DNA from: Utricularia gibba
Taxonomy: Eukaryota; Plantae; Magnoliophyta
Assembly: GCA_002189035.1 (NCBI GenBank)
Contig: NEEC01000002.1
Span: forward strand, 1,798,001 to 1,862,000
DNA length: 64,000 nucleotides
Reading direction: 5' to 3'
The position numbers and the translations under genes were made by a program. This document shows, piece after piece, positions 45,924 to 64,000 of this stretch (its first letter is position 1; each line of letters starts with the position of its first letter). The notes beneath the pieces were generated by a model, which saw only the letters and a program-made list of their open reading frames with translations, was not told the DNA's origin and made no database searches.

Positions 45924-48900
45924 CTTTCTTGTGGGTGCAAAAGCTGCTCCGATGGGCGTGCGATTTATATGCGAAGTGGTTGAGAAACAGTGCATGGAAG
46001 AAGAAGCTGTAGGTGCCCGAGGGGTCCTCTGAAAGTTACCAACCGCCAACATGCTCAAAAGAACTAGTGATAGTTGGGTTGTAGGCATCATCGTGTGCAA
46101 AAGAATGTCGACAAGCTTTCCCATGTCCATTGAATTTTCAACTTTTCTCATTTCTTTATTCAAATTTATTGAACTTTCACGTGTCACACCAAGTATCATT
46201 GAATATGGTATTTCACGAGGGTCCACTCATGTGCCCATCTTCCTCACTACCCACACTCTGCAGCAGATCGAAGCAGTACAGAAGATATTTTGTTTTTCAA
46301 ATGAGGCTAATAGTTATTACAAGCTGCTCCAATCTCCTTAGTTTTGTGTTAATGTTCGATGGTCTGAAGGACTACTCCCGTCTCCCTTGCTGTGTTGTTA
46401 CAAAGAAGATGATGTAAGAATGTATACCAAATAAGCACTTTCAAACTTGGCTGTTGACAAAAAATGAGAAAAAGTTGAGTGGGGTGAGATTTCGCGATCA
46501 GGCATCATAACCAGGGCTGTCCTGACGTAGACCCTCAGGGTGAGATCATCGTATGGCATCCCCAAGCGTGACCCTCGACCTTAAAATCTTTTGAAAACCC
46601 CCTGCCTGCCTGCCAACGACCTCTTTCTCGAATTCGGCATGAATTCATATTGCAAAAGCATTACAATTTTGAACACTCTTGTTGAGTATAAACATAGCTA
46701 TGACATAACTATTTATTCTAATCGCATCCACCCCTTTCGAAAGAAACAAGAAACAAGACAACTAAAGAAGCTTGTCTTTCGATCCATCGGCATTTCTCGT
46801 AGAGTATCCACCCCCAAAAAGGGTTTTGGTGTACCAAATCAAAACCCTAGACAGCATAGAGAGTGAGTCCAAAGCCATACTTTGGCCTATCAAAACAGAC
46901 CGCATTCCAATATTTCATACATAGTTTTAGATTGGTTTTGAGAAAATTTTTCATGAAAAATGAAATAAATGATGTATTTCATATTGCACTTGTTACCCTA
47001 AATCTATATATCAAACGTATTTCAAATCTAAATACAATCAATAATATGTAAGAAGAGTACTACTAGTATCACATAATTATTTTATTTTTGTATTTTGCGA
47101 CAATGTTACAATAGAATTAATAATATTTGGTAGATTAGAATGAGATAAAATGGGTTTAAATAAAGTTGATGTATTGAGAGTAATTTTTAAGCAATGTTTA
47201 GTTATTGGGATTAAATGGTTTTACGTAAAATAAGGAAAAGATATAGTTTTAAGTCAATCCACATACATGAGATTAAGAAAAACTCGTGTAATTTTGAATT
47301 TATTTAAACCTATCAGCTAAACATTTTATAATTTATAATCCTATTTTTAAACCCATAAACCAAACACACCCTTATAATTGTTCTCTAAAAATGAGAATAA
47401 TTGGAGAAAGGGCAGGAAAATAATAATTAAAAAAAAAGTAGAGGGGGAAAGAAGGACAGGAGCGGTCCAGGGGTGTAATGAGTGACTATATTTGGGGTCC
47501 AAGATTTCAAGCTTTAATGATTATGTTTAGCAAACAATTGACGGAGCAACCACTTCCCACTTTTACCCCCTCCCTCACGCCTCAAGTGCCGATGTCTCTT
47601 TGTCCCCCTACCTCGGATCTGTACACGTCTGTCTTCTCTATTCAATTCATTATTTTATTAGTTTACTCGGTGTTAAATATAATTTACATAAAAATGAATA
47701 ATTTGTATCAAGTGTTATGATTAAGTTAGTTGGAATGAAAAATCTTTTTAAAGTAATAAAAATAATATTGTACTTTATAGTTAGTTTAATAAATTAATTT
47801 GTATTTTATCATGAATATAATTTTAAATAAAAAAATTAGTTGGATATGTAATTTATCATATTGGAGATTCGAGTATTTGTAGGATAGTAGAATTGAGTTT
47901 TATATTAGATTTGCTTAATGGATTTGGATAAAATATTTTATTATTTCAAAATAATACAAATCTTGAATAACTCTTTATTCGTTGACTAATTTTTGGGTTC
48001 AGATTCATGGCCTCTCAAGCACATAAATTGTTGTATCTTGATTTTTATTCAGATTACCACGAAAATATATCCATAAAATATAATTTGTCACCAAACAAAT
48101 CAAATTAATGTATAAGATGTAAATTAATAAAAAAAATAAAAAATGAAGTATAATTTAGGTATAACATATTTCGAAACGACATAAAATCACTAATTATCGT
48201 AATAAATATAACTGCTTACCGTGATTAACAGATGTTACTTAATATAAAGTAAACTTTTATCGTACTAAATATCACGGATGCTACCACACGAGTCATTAGG
48301 TTTTAATAGGATCCCAATATTCAGTCAACTTCTTGGGCCATTATTTTGGGCCTTTAGAAGAAGAAGGAAGCCTTTGTCTTCTTGTCTTTTCCTAATCTAA
48401 ATCAATGCTCAAAATTCGGATTTGATTTCAGAAATTGAAATTTCGGAGTAAATAAATCGAATTTTGAGTAAATATTCGAGAATATTTTATTTCGAAAAAG
48501 AACACGAAATTCATATTCACGGGTTAATGAATCTTATACAAAAATCAGAATAAAACATGGTATTTATAAAATAATACACACAGCATTTATTTGGTGTATT
48601 TCTTGTACTTTGGAATATTCAAAATAATATTTTCCCAAAACAAAAAAGAGAAAATTGTAAACGATAAGACGTCAATATTCAAATATTGACGTTCGTGGTA
48701 GTTCCAATTAGGAGGAGGATAATATAAGATGCTCATGCTCTTAGACTTGACTACAAGAAACCGCAGACTATTCAATCGTCGTTTTCTTGTTTCAAGATTT
48801 TCTCCTGCAGATTGTTTGTCCCGCATTCGAGGCGCAGGCATTATTCCTCAAGTCTAGGATTCTCCGCCTACCAGCAGGCGAAATCTTACTACGCCGGTCG

Positions 48901-48992
48901 CCGTGATTCTCCACATTTGCTTCGTGTTCTGATTCCTCAAGTTCGCTGTTAGTTATCGTGATTTTTTGTGTATCCTGCGGGATAGATCGATC

Positions 48993-54550
<5,558 letters not shown>

Positions 54551-55055
54551 AATAGCCAGTTCTCCGACAGTTGAGCCGTTTCATTATAACTTCTGTCAAA
54601 GCGAGGCCTAGTGATTCTCTGGTTGGGGGTGAACCACCAGAGCATTGTTTATTTTTTTGGTTTCTTCTGATGATAAATTTGTTGGTGGCCGCGCCGCTGT
54701 GCAAGGTCTGAAATTTTCCTGGAAGTTGCTGATTATATTCACTTCTCTCGGGTTTTTTCTTTTTTGGAGGATGCAGTAGCTGAAGAGAGCTTCTGGGGGC
54801 ATTCTCGATTCTGCTGCTGCTTAACAAAAACACTACAATGAAGGGGTATGATAAGCGTGGTTGAGATCATTGTTTCATTCCATTTGTTCCCTAGGTACTT
54901 GTTGCCATCTTTGCTCCTGATGATTATGATGATAAAGAGAGAGAATAGTTTTTTGTGTATGAAGCAGGAAGCTAAACAAATTTTCATCTCTGCACTCCTT
55001 GTAAATGTGATGACTTTGTAGATGCATGTGTTTCTTTAGATACACTAACAAAACA

Positions 55056-56856
55056 TCAAAACCTCCCCACGAATCTTCTGGCAACCCAAAAACAACGGCC
55101 TTGGTCAGAAGCCCCCGGTCCAGGGTCAGAGCAAAGGCCACCGCTCCGACCACAACCGCCATTTTTGGGAAGCCACTGCGCTTCTCTAACGCCAATACTT
55201 GTTTATCTCGATCTTGATCCAAAGAGCCATTGGTGTCGCCTGGGGTGTCTAGAGTGGCAACATCCACCTTGGTGTTGATCTGAGCCATGAGAGCGCTGCC
55301 GGAGAGTGGTGCTGCGGTTGCTCGGTGCTTCTGGTATGCACGCAGCGCCGGATCAATCTTCCGAACAGCACCCCACATGCCCTGCCGGATTCCCAGTTTT
55401 GCAATCTCCCAAGGGATTCCCATGTCCTCATGGTGAAACAGTAGGACTTCACATGCTGTCATCCGTCCATCTCTCTCAGACTCCACTAAGGAAGGATTCA
55501 CAACAAAATAAGCTTCAGTAACTCTGATATGCACATCAAGATCTGTGGAATGGAATGCATTCTTGCCTGCACGTATGCACCAACTCGAATAGTATAAATC
55601 AACGCGCCTTGGTCTATCTCGCCGAGGCACAGTCGAGCTTGGCACACCCTGCAACCAAGGGGGATAGCATATGAATCACCCTCAATGAATCAGCTTGTAG
55701 TTTTCAGGAAAAAACTATAATGCCTAAAAGGGAAATTAACTCAAGTAGGACTGCAATACTTCATGACAAGAGGCATCCTTGAGAAACCTCTGAATCTGGA
55801 CACCGGATTTTCTTGTGTAAAAATTTAAGCAAAAATGTGGCCTAGAGAGCATTCAGAGACCAACAACAAGGTTTATGCTTTATTACCTTCGTTACACAAT
55901 AATATGTTCGGCCGGAATCCCATATTCGGCGCCCTATGATGTATTCCCTGTCACTACAGAAGAAGGGGAACTGCAATACCAACCGAAGAGATAAAGGTGA
56001 GAACAGATGGTATTGATATCAAACTAAATTGTGTAGTAGCAGGCTTTAACCTTCCGCACCCAGCGCACAACCATCGTCCCGGTTGTGGCACATTTCTCCA
56101 AAACATCAGAACTTGCAAGCATGTCATCCCATGTCAATCTAAACTCATCATCCCAAAAGAAGTCCCTCAAAATTTCAGGTGTTGCGTTTTCATACACAGT
56201 TCTGCTGCAATATTGAGGTGGCCCAGTCTACACAATGAGAAAAGTAGTTCTTGTAAGTAAAAATCCACTTCATTCTCTGCTGTACTACTATACAGTTTGT
56301 TATTTATCCAGTAAAGTGGTTTTAGTCTTAACCTCGGGATCTCTTCTCCATGCTTGATAGCTCATGTTGTTCGTTGACTTCTTCATCATGGGGATCCAAG
56401 GAGGTCCATTGTCAGACTTCTCGACTAAATTGTGCAAGTGTTTAAGATCATCAGCATTCAAGATGCTTGAATTCTCAATCTCCGGAACAGATGAACTGAA
56501 TATATCAAAATAGAGAATTCAACTTTTTACCGAAATGCGCAGAAATTGAAAGAAATGCAAACAAATGTTTCAATATAATCAAGAACCAACCTGCACTTTT
56601 CAGGAGAAGACAAATTCGCTCTTCCAATGGTGGCATCTGATATCCAGCGAACGCAGCTAAGGCATTGCCTTTTAGCTGCCATCTCAGATTTCTGCGATCC
56701 TCCATCCAAACTCAGATTAACCCATTTCGGCTTCCACGCCCAGCCCACCAAAATCCCAACCAAAACAGCTACCCAAATGGGCAACACCAACACGGTGAGC
56801 TCAAATATTATCCCCCCCATTCCGGGCTTTTCGAAGAACTCAGAAAGCGAGGCCAT
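55056..56856 (-). CDS. START-domain lipid-transfer family membrane protein (At1g64720/At3g23080-like)
   Basis: N-terminal TM plus GWAWKPKW, YQAWRRDPE, RDFFWDDEFR, FPFFCSDREYIIGRRIW, VDLYYSSWCIRA, HHEDMGIPWEIAKLG. The conserved end FGVARRF needs one extra base at 55085-55087. Confidence 0.9.
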
Positions 56857-58398
56857 TCGAAAACCCTCGATTCAATCGCACATATAATCAATCAATCTGT
56901 TTGATTACCACAGCGATAACCGAGGGTCGAGGGAAAACAAACACCCACAAACCCGAGGATCAGAGAGAATCTGGGGAACCAAAACTGAGCAAGGATAATG
57001 GATAAGACGGACCAATATACACGAGTATTCAGAAAAAATTAACTAGTGGCCGGAGAGGCGAAGGCAAGCAATCCAATGTCCGGGAATGGATAAGGAACTG
57101 AGATTTGATGGTGGGTTTCGCTCACAGTCGAGACCGCGGTAACGCCACGTGCCCACCGGTTAAATATTTCCACAGAAATGAATCGAAGCAATCACCGATT
57201 GCAGGATTCGGCGGATATGAACTGCAAGGACTGGGGCTGTTGTTGGGAAATGGAACTCAGCTGGACGGTCACCGCCGGTGCCGGTTCTCCGCGTTTGACA
57301 ACCCAAGTAGATGTACACCATTAAAGTCGTCTTTAGGAGCCCAAACCCGCCAGACAAAAATCAAAATTACACACACTGTTGACTCTGATCATTGGTTGGT
57401 TGAACGAGAAGTCGGTCGATCGGACTCCGGGCTAAATCCTTGGCAAAAGAACCTCCACAAAAACCAACGAGCAACATTACTGCATCCTTCACAAAGAGAC
57501 GAACATCCACCGAACTGGGAATGAATTCAGCGATAGTTGACCATAAACCAATCGACATTATCGGCGGAACTTCCAGCACCACATTGTCGGCCTTTGACAT
57601 GCAACCAATCATTTTAATCCGTGTTGTTATATGAAATAACATTAATTTCACTAAATATTCTATTTTTTATTTCTTATTTTTCATCTCTTTTTTGTCTTTT
57701 TTAAATTAAACTCATTAAATACCTTAATTTAATTATTTCGCATTCAGGGTAATAAAGAGGACCAGTGGTGTAGTGCCAAACAAAGGCCCATGGGGCCTAT
57801 AAAATAGAAATATGGTCCATTCCTATCATTGTTCCTGGAATCCACCCATGACCATGACATCCATTCGGACAGTTCTCATTCTGTCACGTTGGATGATATA
57901 ATTTAAAAATAAAAGGGAAAAAATACTTTTTATCCATACATGCTATAAAGTCACACGTTTTTAATCTGATCGATTTTCCAGAGATTCACAATATTTTATA
58001 CTGTTTATTTTCCCTTTTTTTTATCAATCATAGTTTAATTTAATTTAATTATATAGAATAATTCATAATAATAAATAACAATAATGATGATTCAGGAGAG
58101 GGGAATGCGTACGATTTTTTTTTAATTTTGTGAATAACATGCAGGGATATATAAAATAAATAAAAAGAATAATTAGTGAGGCCGTGAAATGGATGCCATG
58201 TAAATAGCTGGATTATTCATTAATGGGTGGGGCCCAGTAACAGCAACAGGAGCCGTCCGATTTAGCGCGTCTCGCCATTAAATTGATCTCCATCGTCATT
58301 CCCACCCACCGGTCCATCACCTCCTGACCCGTCCACCTCGCCCCCCAAAATTACCAAATTATTTTATTTTATGTCTCCGTATTATTAAATTCAATCGG

Positions 58399-58454
58399 CA
58401 CGTGTTCCCACGTGACACCTTGAGACCTTTTCAAAGTAGGGTATTTGCCACGTG
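58399..58454. promoter_or_regulatory. Cluster of three perfect G-boxes (CACGTG)
   Basis: CACGTG at 58399, 58409 and 58449, between the divergent START and NGA genes. Confidence 0.55.
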
Positions 58455-60389
58455 GGCACCCCAAACCTAATTTCTAACTGTTGATGGGCCGAATCGAAAT
58501 TTCCGAGGAATTTGGGTAGGGTTTCCCCCGCCCCCTGCTGCAGCCACCCACCCGCAGGGAGTGGAATTCAGGTACGCGGATGCTTGCTTCCGTTTGTTTT
58601 TTCAAATGGGGTGGTGCTTCTTCAGGTATTGGAACGTGGGCGCTGCTCAGGGACAGAGAAAACTGCTGTGTGTTTGAGGCAGAAGGAATGATATGAGAGC
58701 AGAGAAAGAGGGATGGAGGCGGGCGAGGCAGATCGCGGGTATTGAAGGAAGAGAAGACAGGTGGATGGGGCATGATGTGGATGCTTTCAAGTCACAAGTA
58801 CAAGACTGGGGTGGGGTAGATGAATTAAGACACACAGCTGGATCATGTGGCAATGTCATTGCCATTTCCCGAATACCTGATCCTGAATTTCAAACACCCA
58901 CACAGACAGACAGACAGTTGAGGGAGGGTTTTTTTTGGGTAAGAATTCATCATTTACCCTCGTCGGAATCGAAGAACGCCACTGTTGTATCCCTCCATTC
59001 CTCGCTTCAGAAGTCTGGAACTCTCAGAAGCACATGAGGCTGTGATCAGATTCAAATATTTTGTATATAAAAAGGAGGAGCGGGCACATTGAACAGGGAA
59101 GACCACCTACCCGCCACGTTCCTTATCCTCCAGGGACTTTATTCGTATGATCTTTTTAGGACAAAAGGTGGCGTCTTGTGTGTGTTTGTTTCTTGCAACC
59201 CCAAAAAGCAACTTAACCCTCACAAAAAGACGTGTGACCCTCTAATTGCCTCCATGGGTTTCACTGTGAATGTGCGATTACCTTTTTACCCCTTGTACCC
59301 ATTCCCCACAAGCCATGCGAATACTAACAATTTTTATTTCAAAAAAAAGTAGAAACATGAAAAAATATATATATTTTTCGAATATTCAAAGAATCACCCC
59401 AAGCTTATTAGCCCTCATTGAATCCTCATCTCATTTTTTGAGCATCCTATCGCTGTCAAGATATATTAGCAATTTGGATGAGTTCATTTTCCTATTTTGG
59501 AAAATTCAAGTAAACAAATAAGGATGTATGTGTTTATCATGATATTTTAATTGATAAATAAGTTTTACAAATGTGTATTTTTATTGTGCTTGAATTCATT
59601 AATTAAAATTCATTTAACTAATAATAATAGTATTATTATTATTATTTGGAAAAGTAAAAAATATATATAAAAAAATGACCTAATAATATTATAAATAAAA
59701 TATTTTTATTCACAACTTGATTTAGTGTGTACTGTGGCACAAGATGCAAACCCTAGGCTAGGCATAAGGGAATGTCCTTCGATACTAATGTCACAATAAT
59801 TTATTAATAAAATTCCGTTCTGAATTTTCATGATCAGAATTTAGTTAAGAACTTAGCCAAATTGTAAAAAAAATCATGAATTGATGGTATGAAGGTTCGG
59901 ATAGTTCAACCACGATTCAAGTTATAATTAAATTAATTGTTTTTTATTGAATTATGATTTATTTTTTTATATTTTAAATCAAGAAGAATTTAATTATAAT
60001 TAAATCACGATTTTTAAAATAGGCCAAAATGAAAATATCGGTGTGTGTGTGGGCGATGAGAAGGACGAGGTCACATGAAGGCAGGTAACACGGCCAGATA
60101 ACGACGTGGGGCCCAAACCAAAAGCTGAATTCCAGAATAAATACGATTTCCATTAAATTTTTAAAACAAAAAAGGATAGCTACAATTTCATTTACAGATT
60201 CATTACCATTACAATTACATTTACATTTACATCTCTCTGGGAGAAGGGTCAACACAACAGATAGGTACCAGTCACCGGAAAGAAAAAATACACTCCGCAT
60301 TGCTGATCTCTCCTCCTCCACTCCTTTCTCTTTTCATCTTTACGACTGAAAACCCTAATTTTCCCATTTGGATCTGCAAGAATTAGGCC

Positions 60390-61507
60390 ATGAATTTCAT
60401 GTCGGGTAGGCCGGGTTTTTACCAGGAGATGACAGCTCCGAGATTATCATCTTCTGCATCGGCTTTTCAGCCGCTGGAGTCGCCGCCGATCCACGTCATC
60501 GACGACGATTCGGAGACCAATCGGAGAGGAGGGGAAGGAGGGAGCAGCAGCAACAGCTCAGTAGCGAGAGAGCATATGTTTGATAAGGTTGTCACTCCGA
60601 GCGATGTGGGGAAGCTTAACCGTTTGGTGATTCCTAAGCAGCACGCTGAGAAGTATTTCCCATTGGATTCATCCACAAATGAGAAAGGGCTTCTTCTGAA
60701 CTTTGAGGATCGGAACGGGAAGCCGTGGCGGTTCCGGTACTCGTACTGGAACAGCAGCCAAAGCTACGTGATGACCAAGGGCTGGAGCAGGTTCGTAAAG
60801 GAGAAGCGGCTGGACGCCGGCGACATCGTTTCTTTCCAACGCGGAGTCGGTGAGTTGGGTAAAGACCGTCTTTTTATAGACTGGCGGAGGCGCCCCGATG
60901 CGCCGGAAATTCAACCACCGTTCTATAGTTTCTCTATTTCTAATCATCATCAATTTCCGGGACTCCAACGTCCGATGCATCCGTGGAGCCCGCTTTTCTT
61001 ACCCTCGAACACCAACCAGAACCACGTGTTATCAGCATCTCCTAATCATCATCATCATCATCGAGCAGCGGCTGCTGCTTACGGTGGCTATGGTTACAAC
61101 AGTGTGATGAGTGGAAATCCTTGTTCAGTGGGATCTATATTTTATCTTAGATCCGGCGGTGGAGGTTATGCCGCCGGAGTCAGCCCACAAGGGCAAAGAG
61201 GTGTGGAGCCAATGGTGTTCGAATCAGTGCCGGTGGTCCAAGGAAAGGCAGCAGCAAAGCGACTTAGGCTGTTCGGCGTGAACGTGGACTGTTCCATTTC
61301 CGAGTCAGATGACTATGATATGATGTCTTCTTCCACTTCTCCGACCACCGCAACACTGCCGTTGATTCACCAATTTCCGGCGACGAACTTAGATTCTTCT
61401 CCCTCATCGTCCTCGGCTCCGTCAGATCTCCAGTTAAGATCAGGTATGGTCACAGCCGTGACGATGACAAGGGGAAAGGCTCCATGTCCTTGGATTTAGA
61501 CATCTGA
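60390..61507 (+). CDS. NGA: B3-domain transcription repressor, NGATHA family
   Basis: B3 domain [55 protein letters not shown] repression motif at 61266-61280. The conserved tail [11 protein letters not shown] (stop 61507) is out of frame; the as-assembled stop is 61499. Confidence 0.93.
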
Positions 61508-64000
61508 ATATCAAGAAGAAGCAGACGCCATTACAACCGGAAAATATTCAAGCTTCGGTTTTTGTACTGTTCCAAATGTGCTAAAGCAATCCACTTTTTT
61601 CCAACCTGCGTTACTGTGATGAGGAGCCTGTGTACAATCATTACAGCATGAAACATATTACAAGATTGTGAGTAACTTTAGGACAGATTTTCCAAAGCAA
61701 AATGTTAGCTCTTCATCATGTGTTAATCTATCCTTGCAGAATTTTTGGGAATCCACTGCTGTTCACTGCAATATCTTATCTTAGTTCGCGTAGCATTTAT
61801 CATCTTCTGGCTGCCTTTTTCAGTTTATCTTCTTCCACACTTTGAATGATCTCCTCAAAAACCTCATGGACAGATGAGAAGAATCAAGCTGATGAATGAT
61901 GATAACAAGGACGGCGGAAGAAGGGGGAAAAAGGCTTTTAGAGTAGGTAAAGTCTACAAGGAAAGATCTAATGAGTTTCAATGCTTATTGCTCGGTTCAC
62001 AGTGTGGTGTCCTAACAAGCAGATTGGTCCCTACGCTCTACAGCTGAGAGGCGTGTAGTCATCCATCTTTGCAAAGTCTATGACTTGCATACCAGCATTC
62101 AGACAGTTTATGAGGGACATGGAGAGGCGTTGAGAGCTCATCTCCTGTGTCTATCATTGGATTTGATCCGTAGGTTTAGAGTGTAATAACATAGGATTAA
62201 GTGTCAATCAATGATCAATGATTCGATCTCAAGTAGCACCAAGTGTGTGTTCCATTCGATTCCCTTCATTTCTTTATTGCATCTTGTTCATTCTTTAGAA
62301 TAGAGTACACGAGGAGAGTGGAGAACACTTTAAAAAGCTAGGTCAATATTCCAAGAGAAGAAAGAGTAACTTTTCCAAGTATATCATTGAAAATGCTAAA
62401 ATCAATCAATTATTTTTACTTATGGTACCCTCACAGAACAAAGAAACTTGGGTAAACCCTAATAATCAAATCATGGATTCGGGTTCGACCCGGAACCAGG
62501 AATACCCAGATGGTTCCCGGGTTCAAGCAAGGTGTATGCTATCCTAAACATTCTGTATGAGCATTGAAACTCAAGGATCCATAGCCTTTCCACCATGACT
62601 CAACGCTCCAGATGGATGCATGGAATAATACAATAGGGGAAGGTGTACGTCATTGGTCCCTTTCTACTTGTATTAAAAAAAAAAAAAGAAAGTTTTTTTT
62701 TTTTTTGGTTTTTGAGAAAGTTGGGCGCTCCAATGATCATCCTCGTTGTTTTGGGATGCTAAGAGTAGGCTGTCGTCTAGGGTTTGCAGAGTAGTCTGTA
62801 GGCTTTTAGGGCTATGCATACATAAAGGCAGCGTTGTAAGCATACATGGTATGAAGACATGGCAGACATGGCTGGATCTGCACCAGACAAACCTAACGGA
62901 AAGCATTGCAAATCCCGAGGCTCTTTCACCTGCTTTGCAAACTGGAGCCTAACAAGGTGAAAACTACACATCTATCTCATCACACATCCCCATGATCCCC
63001 CATCTCTAACCAGAACCCCATCAGATCGCGACATCCGCAGCTAACTCTGTTGAGCTTCTCACAGAGATCGTGCCCCTTTTTAGAAGGAATGGTGCAGCAG
63101 CATATAGAGAAGCTCCTGCCATGCGCAGCAGCAGAACCGTGAGTAGACTTTAGAGATGGACATGAAGCTCATCTGGGGTTGGAGTCCTGATGTGTTCGTT
63201 TTGCCTAATGGGATGATGAATTTGCTATAACCCAAAACATAACTTGAGGTTTGAGATACAATTCTAACTTATTTCGAAAGAGAACCATCTCATATTATTG
63301 TTCAAAATTTCGGTTTTTGGTGTGAATTTCGCCAAAGTTTGAAGATTGATATAGAAGCGAGTGCTATGTGTTGATGGTATTCAAAATATTTTTACTATTT
63401 AAGAGAAGGTAAGGTTTTACAATTAATTGGTTTGATATGTATGGGTGTAGTACTGTGAAGATGCTGCTACTCAAAAAAGGAGTGTGGCAGCCCTACAACA
63501 GCCTGGTCTATCATACAGTGAGGCTCTTTCCCATTGCCATTTCCCACTAGCTTTTCTTCTCACATTAAAGAATTCTGTTCTGTCACAACGTTGCAACATG
63601 GAAAAAGATGTATCCCCAGCTCCAAGCTACTATTCCACTTGCTCCTTGCTGGTTTAATTCACCACTAGCCTTTTCTCTTTATAGAAATTCATTCATTGAA
63701 TGCACATGACATCAATATTCAAATTGTGAGCACCCCTCCTTTCTACTGATTCAATGGTTCGCCAGGCAGGCACCTGCCGACGTCGGTGTACACAGGGACT
63801 CCGATGAGAATGCCTTTGATCCCTATGCATCAGGATCAACGGGATTGCTATTGCTATTCAACCTGAGATGCTCGTTTCCAGGGCATGTGGCATTGGTTTT
63901 CTTCATCTGGTACACTGCAGACACCCCGGTTTCGCTGATGCAGTAGATTAGATGGCAAATGAAGAAAGTGGCGAGGTGGGGAGGTTGGTTGTGATGATAA

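Noticed and set aside
45924-46226. In-frame upstream extension of about 100 aa on the NAC ORF
   Set aside because: No homology to NST N-termini, and a TATAAAT box about 40 bp above the MTGDMSL start suggests transcription begins downstream of the extension.
57911-58018. 11-bp inverted repeat (aaaagggaaaa / ttttccctttt) suggesting a MITE of about 110 bp
   Set aside because: Low-complexity arms in AT-rich DNA with no clear target-site duplication; it could arise by chance.
62478-62525. GGTTCGACCC B-box-like motif with a small hairpin (tRNA or SINE?)
   Set aside because: The T-stem does not pair and there is no A-box or cloverleaf.

Overview
Eukaryotic plant (eudicot) nuclear DNA, not prokaryotic. 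I can assemble 22 mostly intron-containing protein-coding genes, about one per 2.9 kb, with short introns and no transposon ORFs: EXO70 (5' partial), GluTR-binding protein, NAD(P)-binding plastid protein, ataxin-2-like CID3/4, Alfin-like PHD, IQD, ELF3/EEC-like, CAP1, Rab7/RabG3, a small secreted ST-like peptide, a DUF7086 protein, two secreted glycine-rich proteins, EMB1273-like, CstF77, an STR18-like rhodanese, GPR107/CAND-like 7TM, GRF (with miR396 site), NST/SND-type NAC, UBP9/10, a START-domain protein and an NGATHA B3 factor. I found no rRNA, tRNA or CRISPR features and nothing I can support as a new multi-gene system. The best leads are gene-level: a rhodanese whose signal peptide lies inside a spliceable first intron, an Alfin-like PHD lacking the H3K4me3-cage tyrosine, a shortened ELF3 paralog, a candidate peptide-signal precursor, duplicated TLxLFP motifs, a U12 intron, an in-frame GC-AG intron and a 232-bp insert between perfect 31-bp repeats. 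Five or six genes carry single-base frame disruptions at short homopolymers, which most likely reflect assembly errors. Family assignments come from my recall of plant protein sequences; no database search was run.
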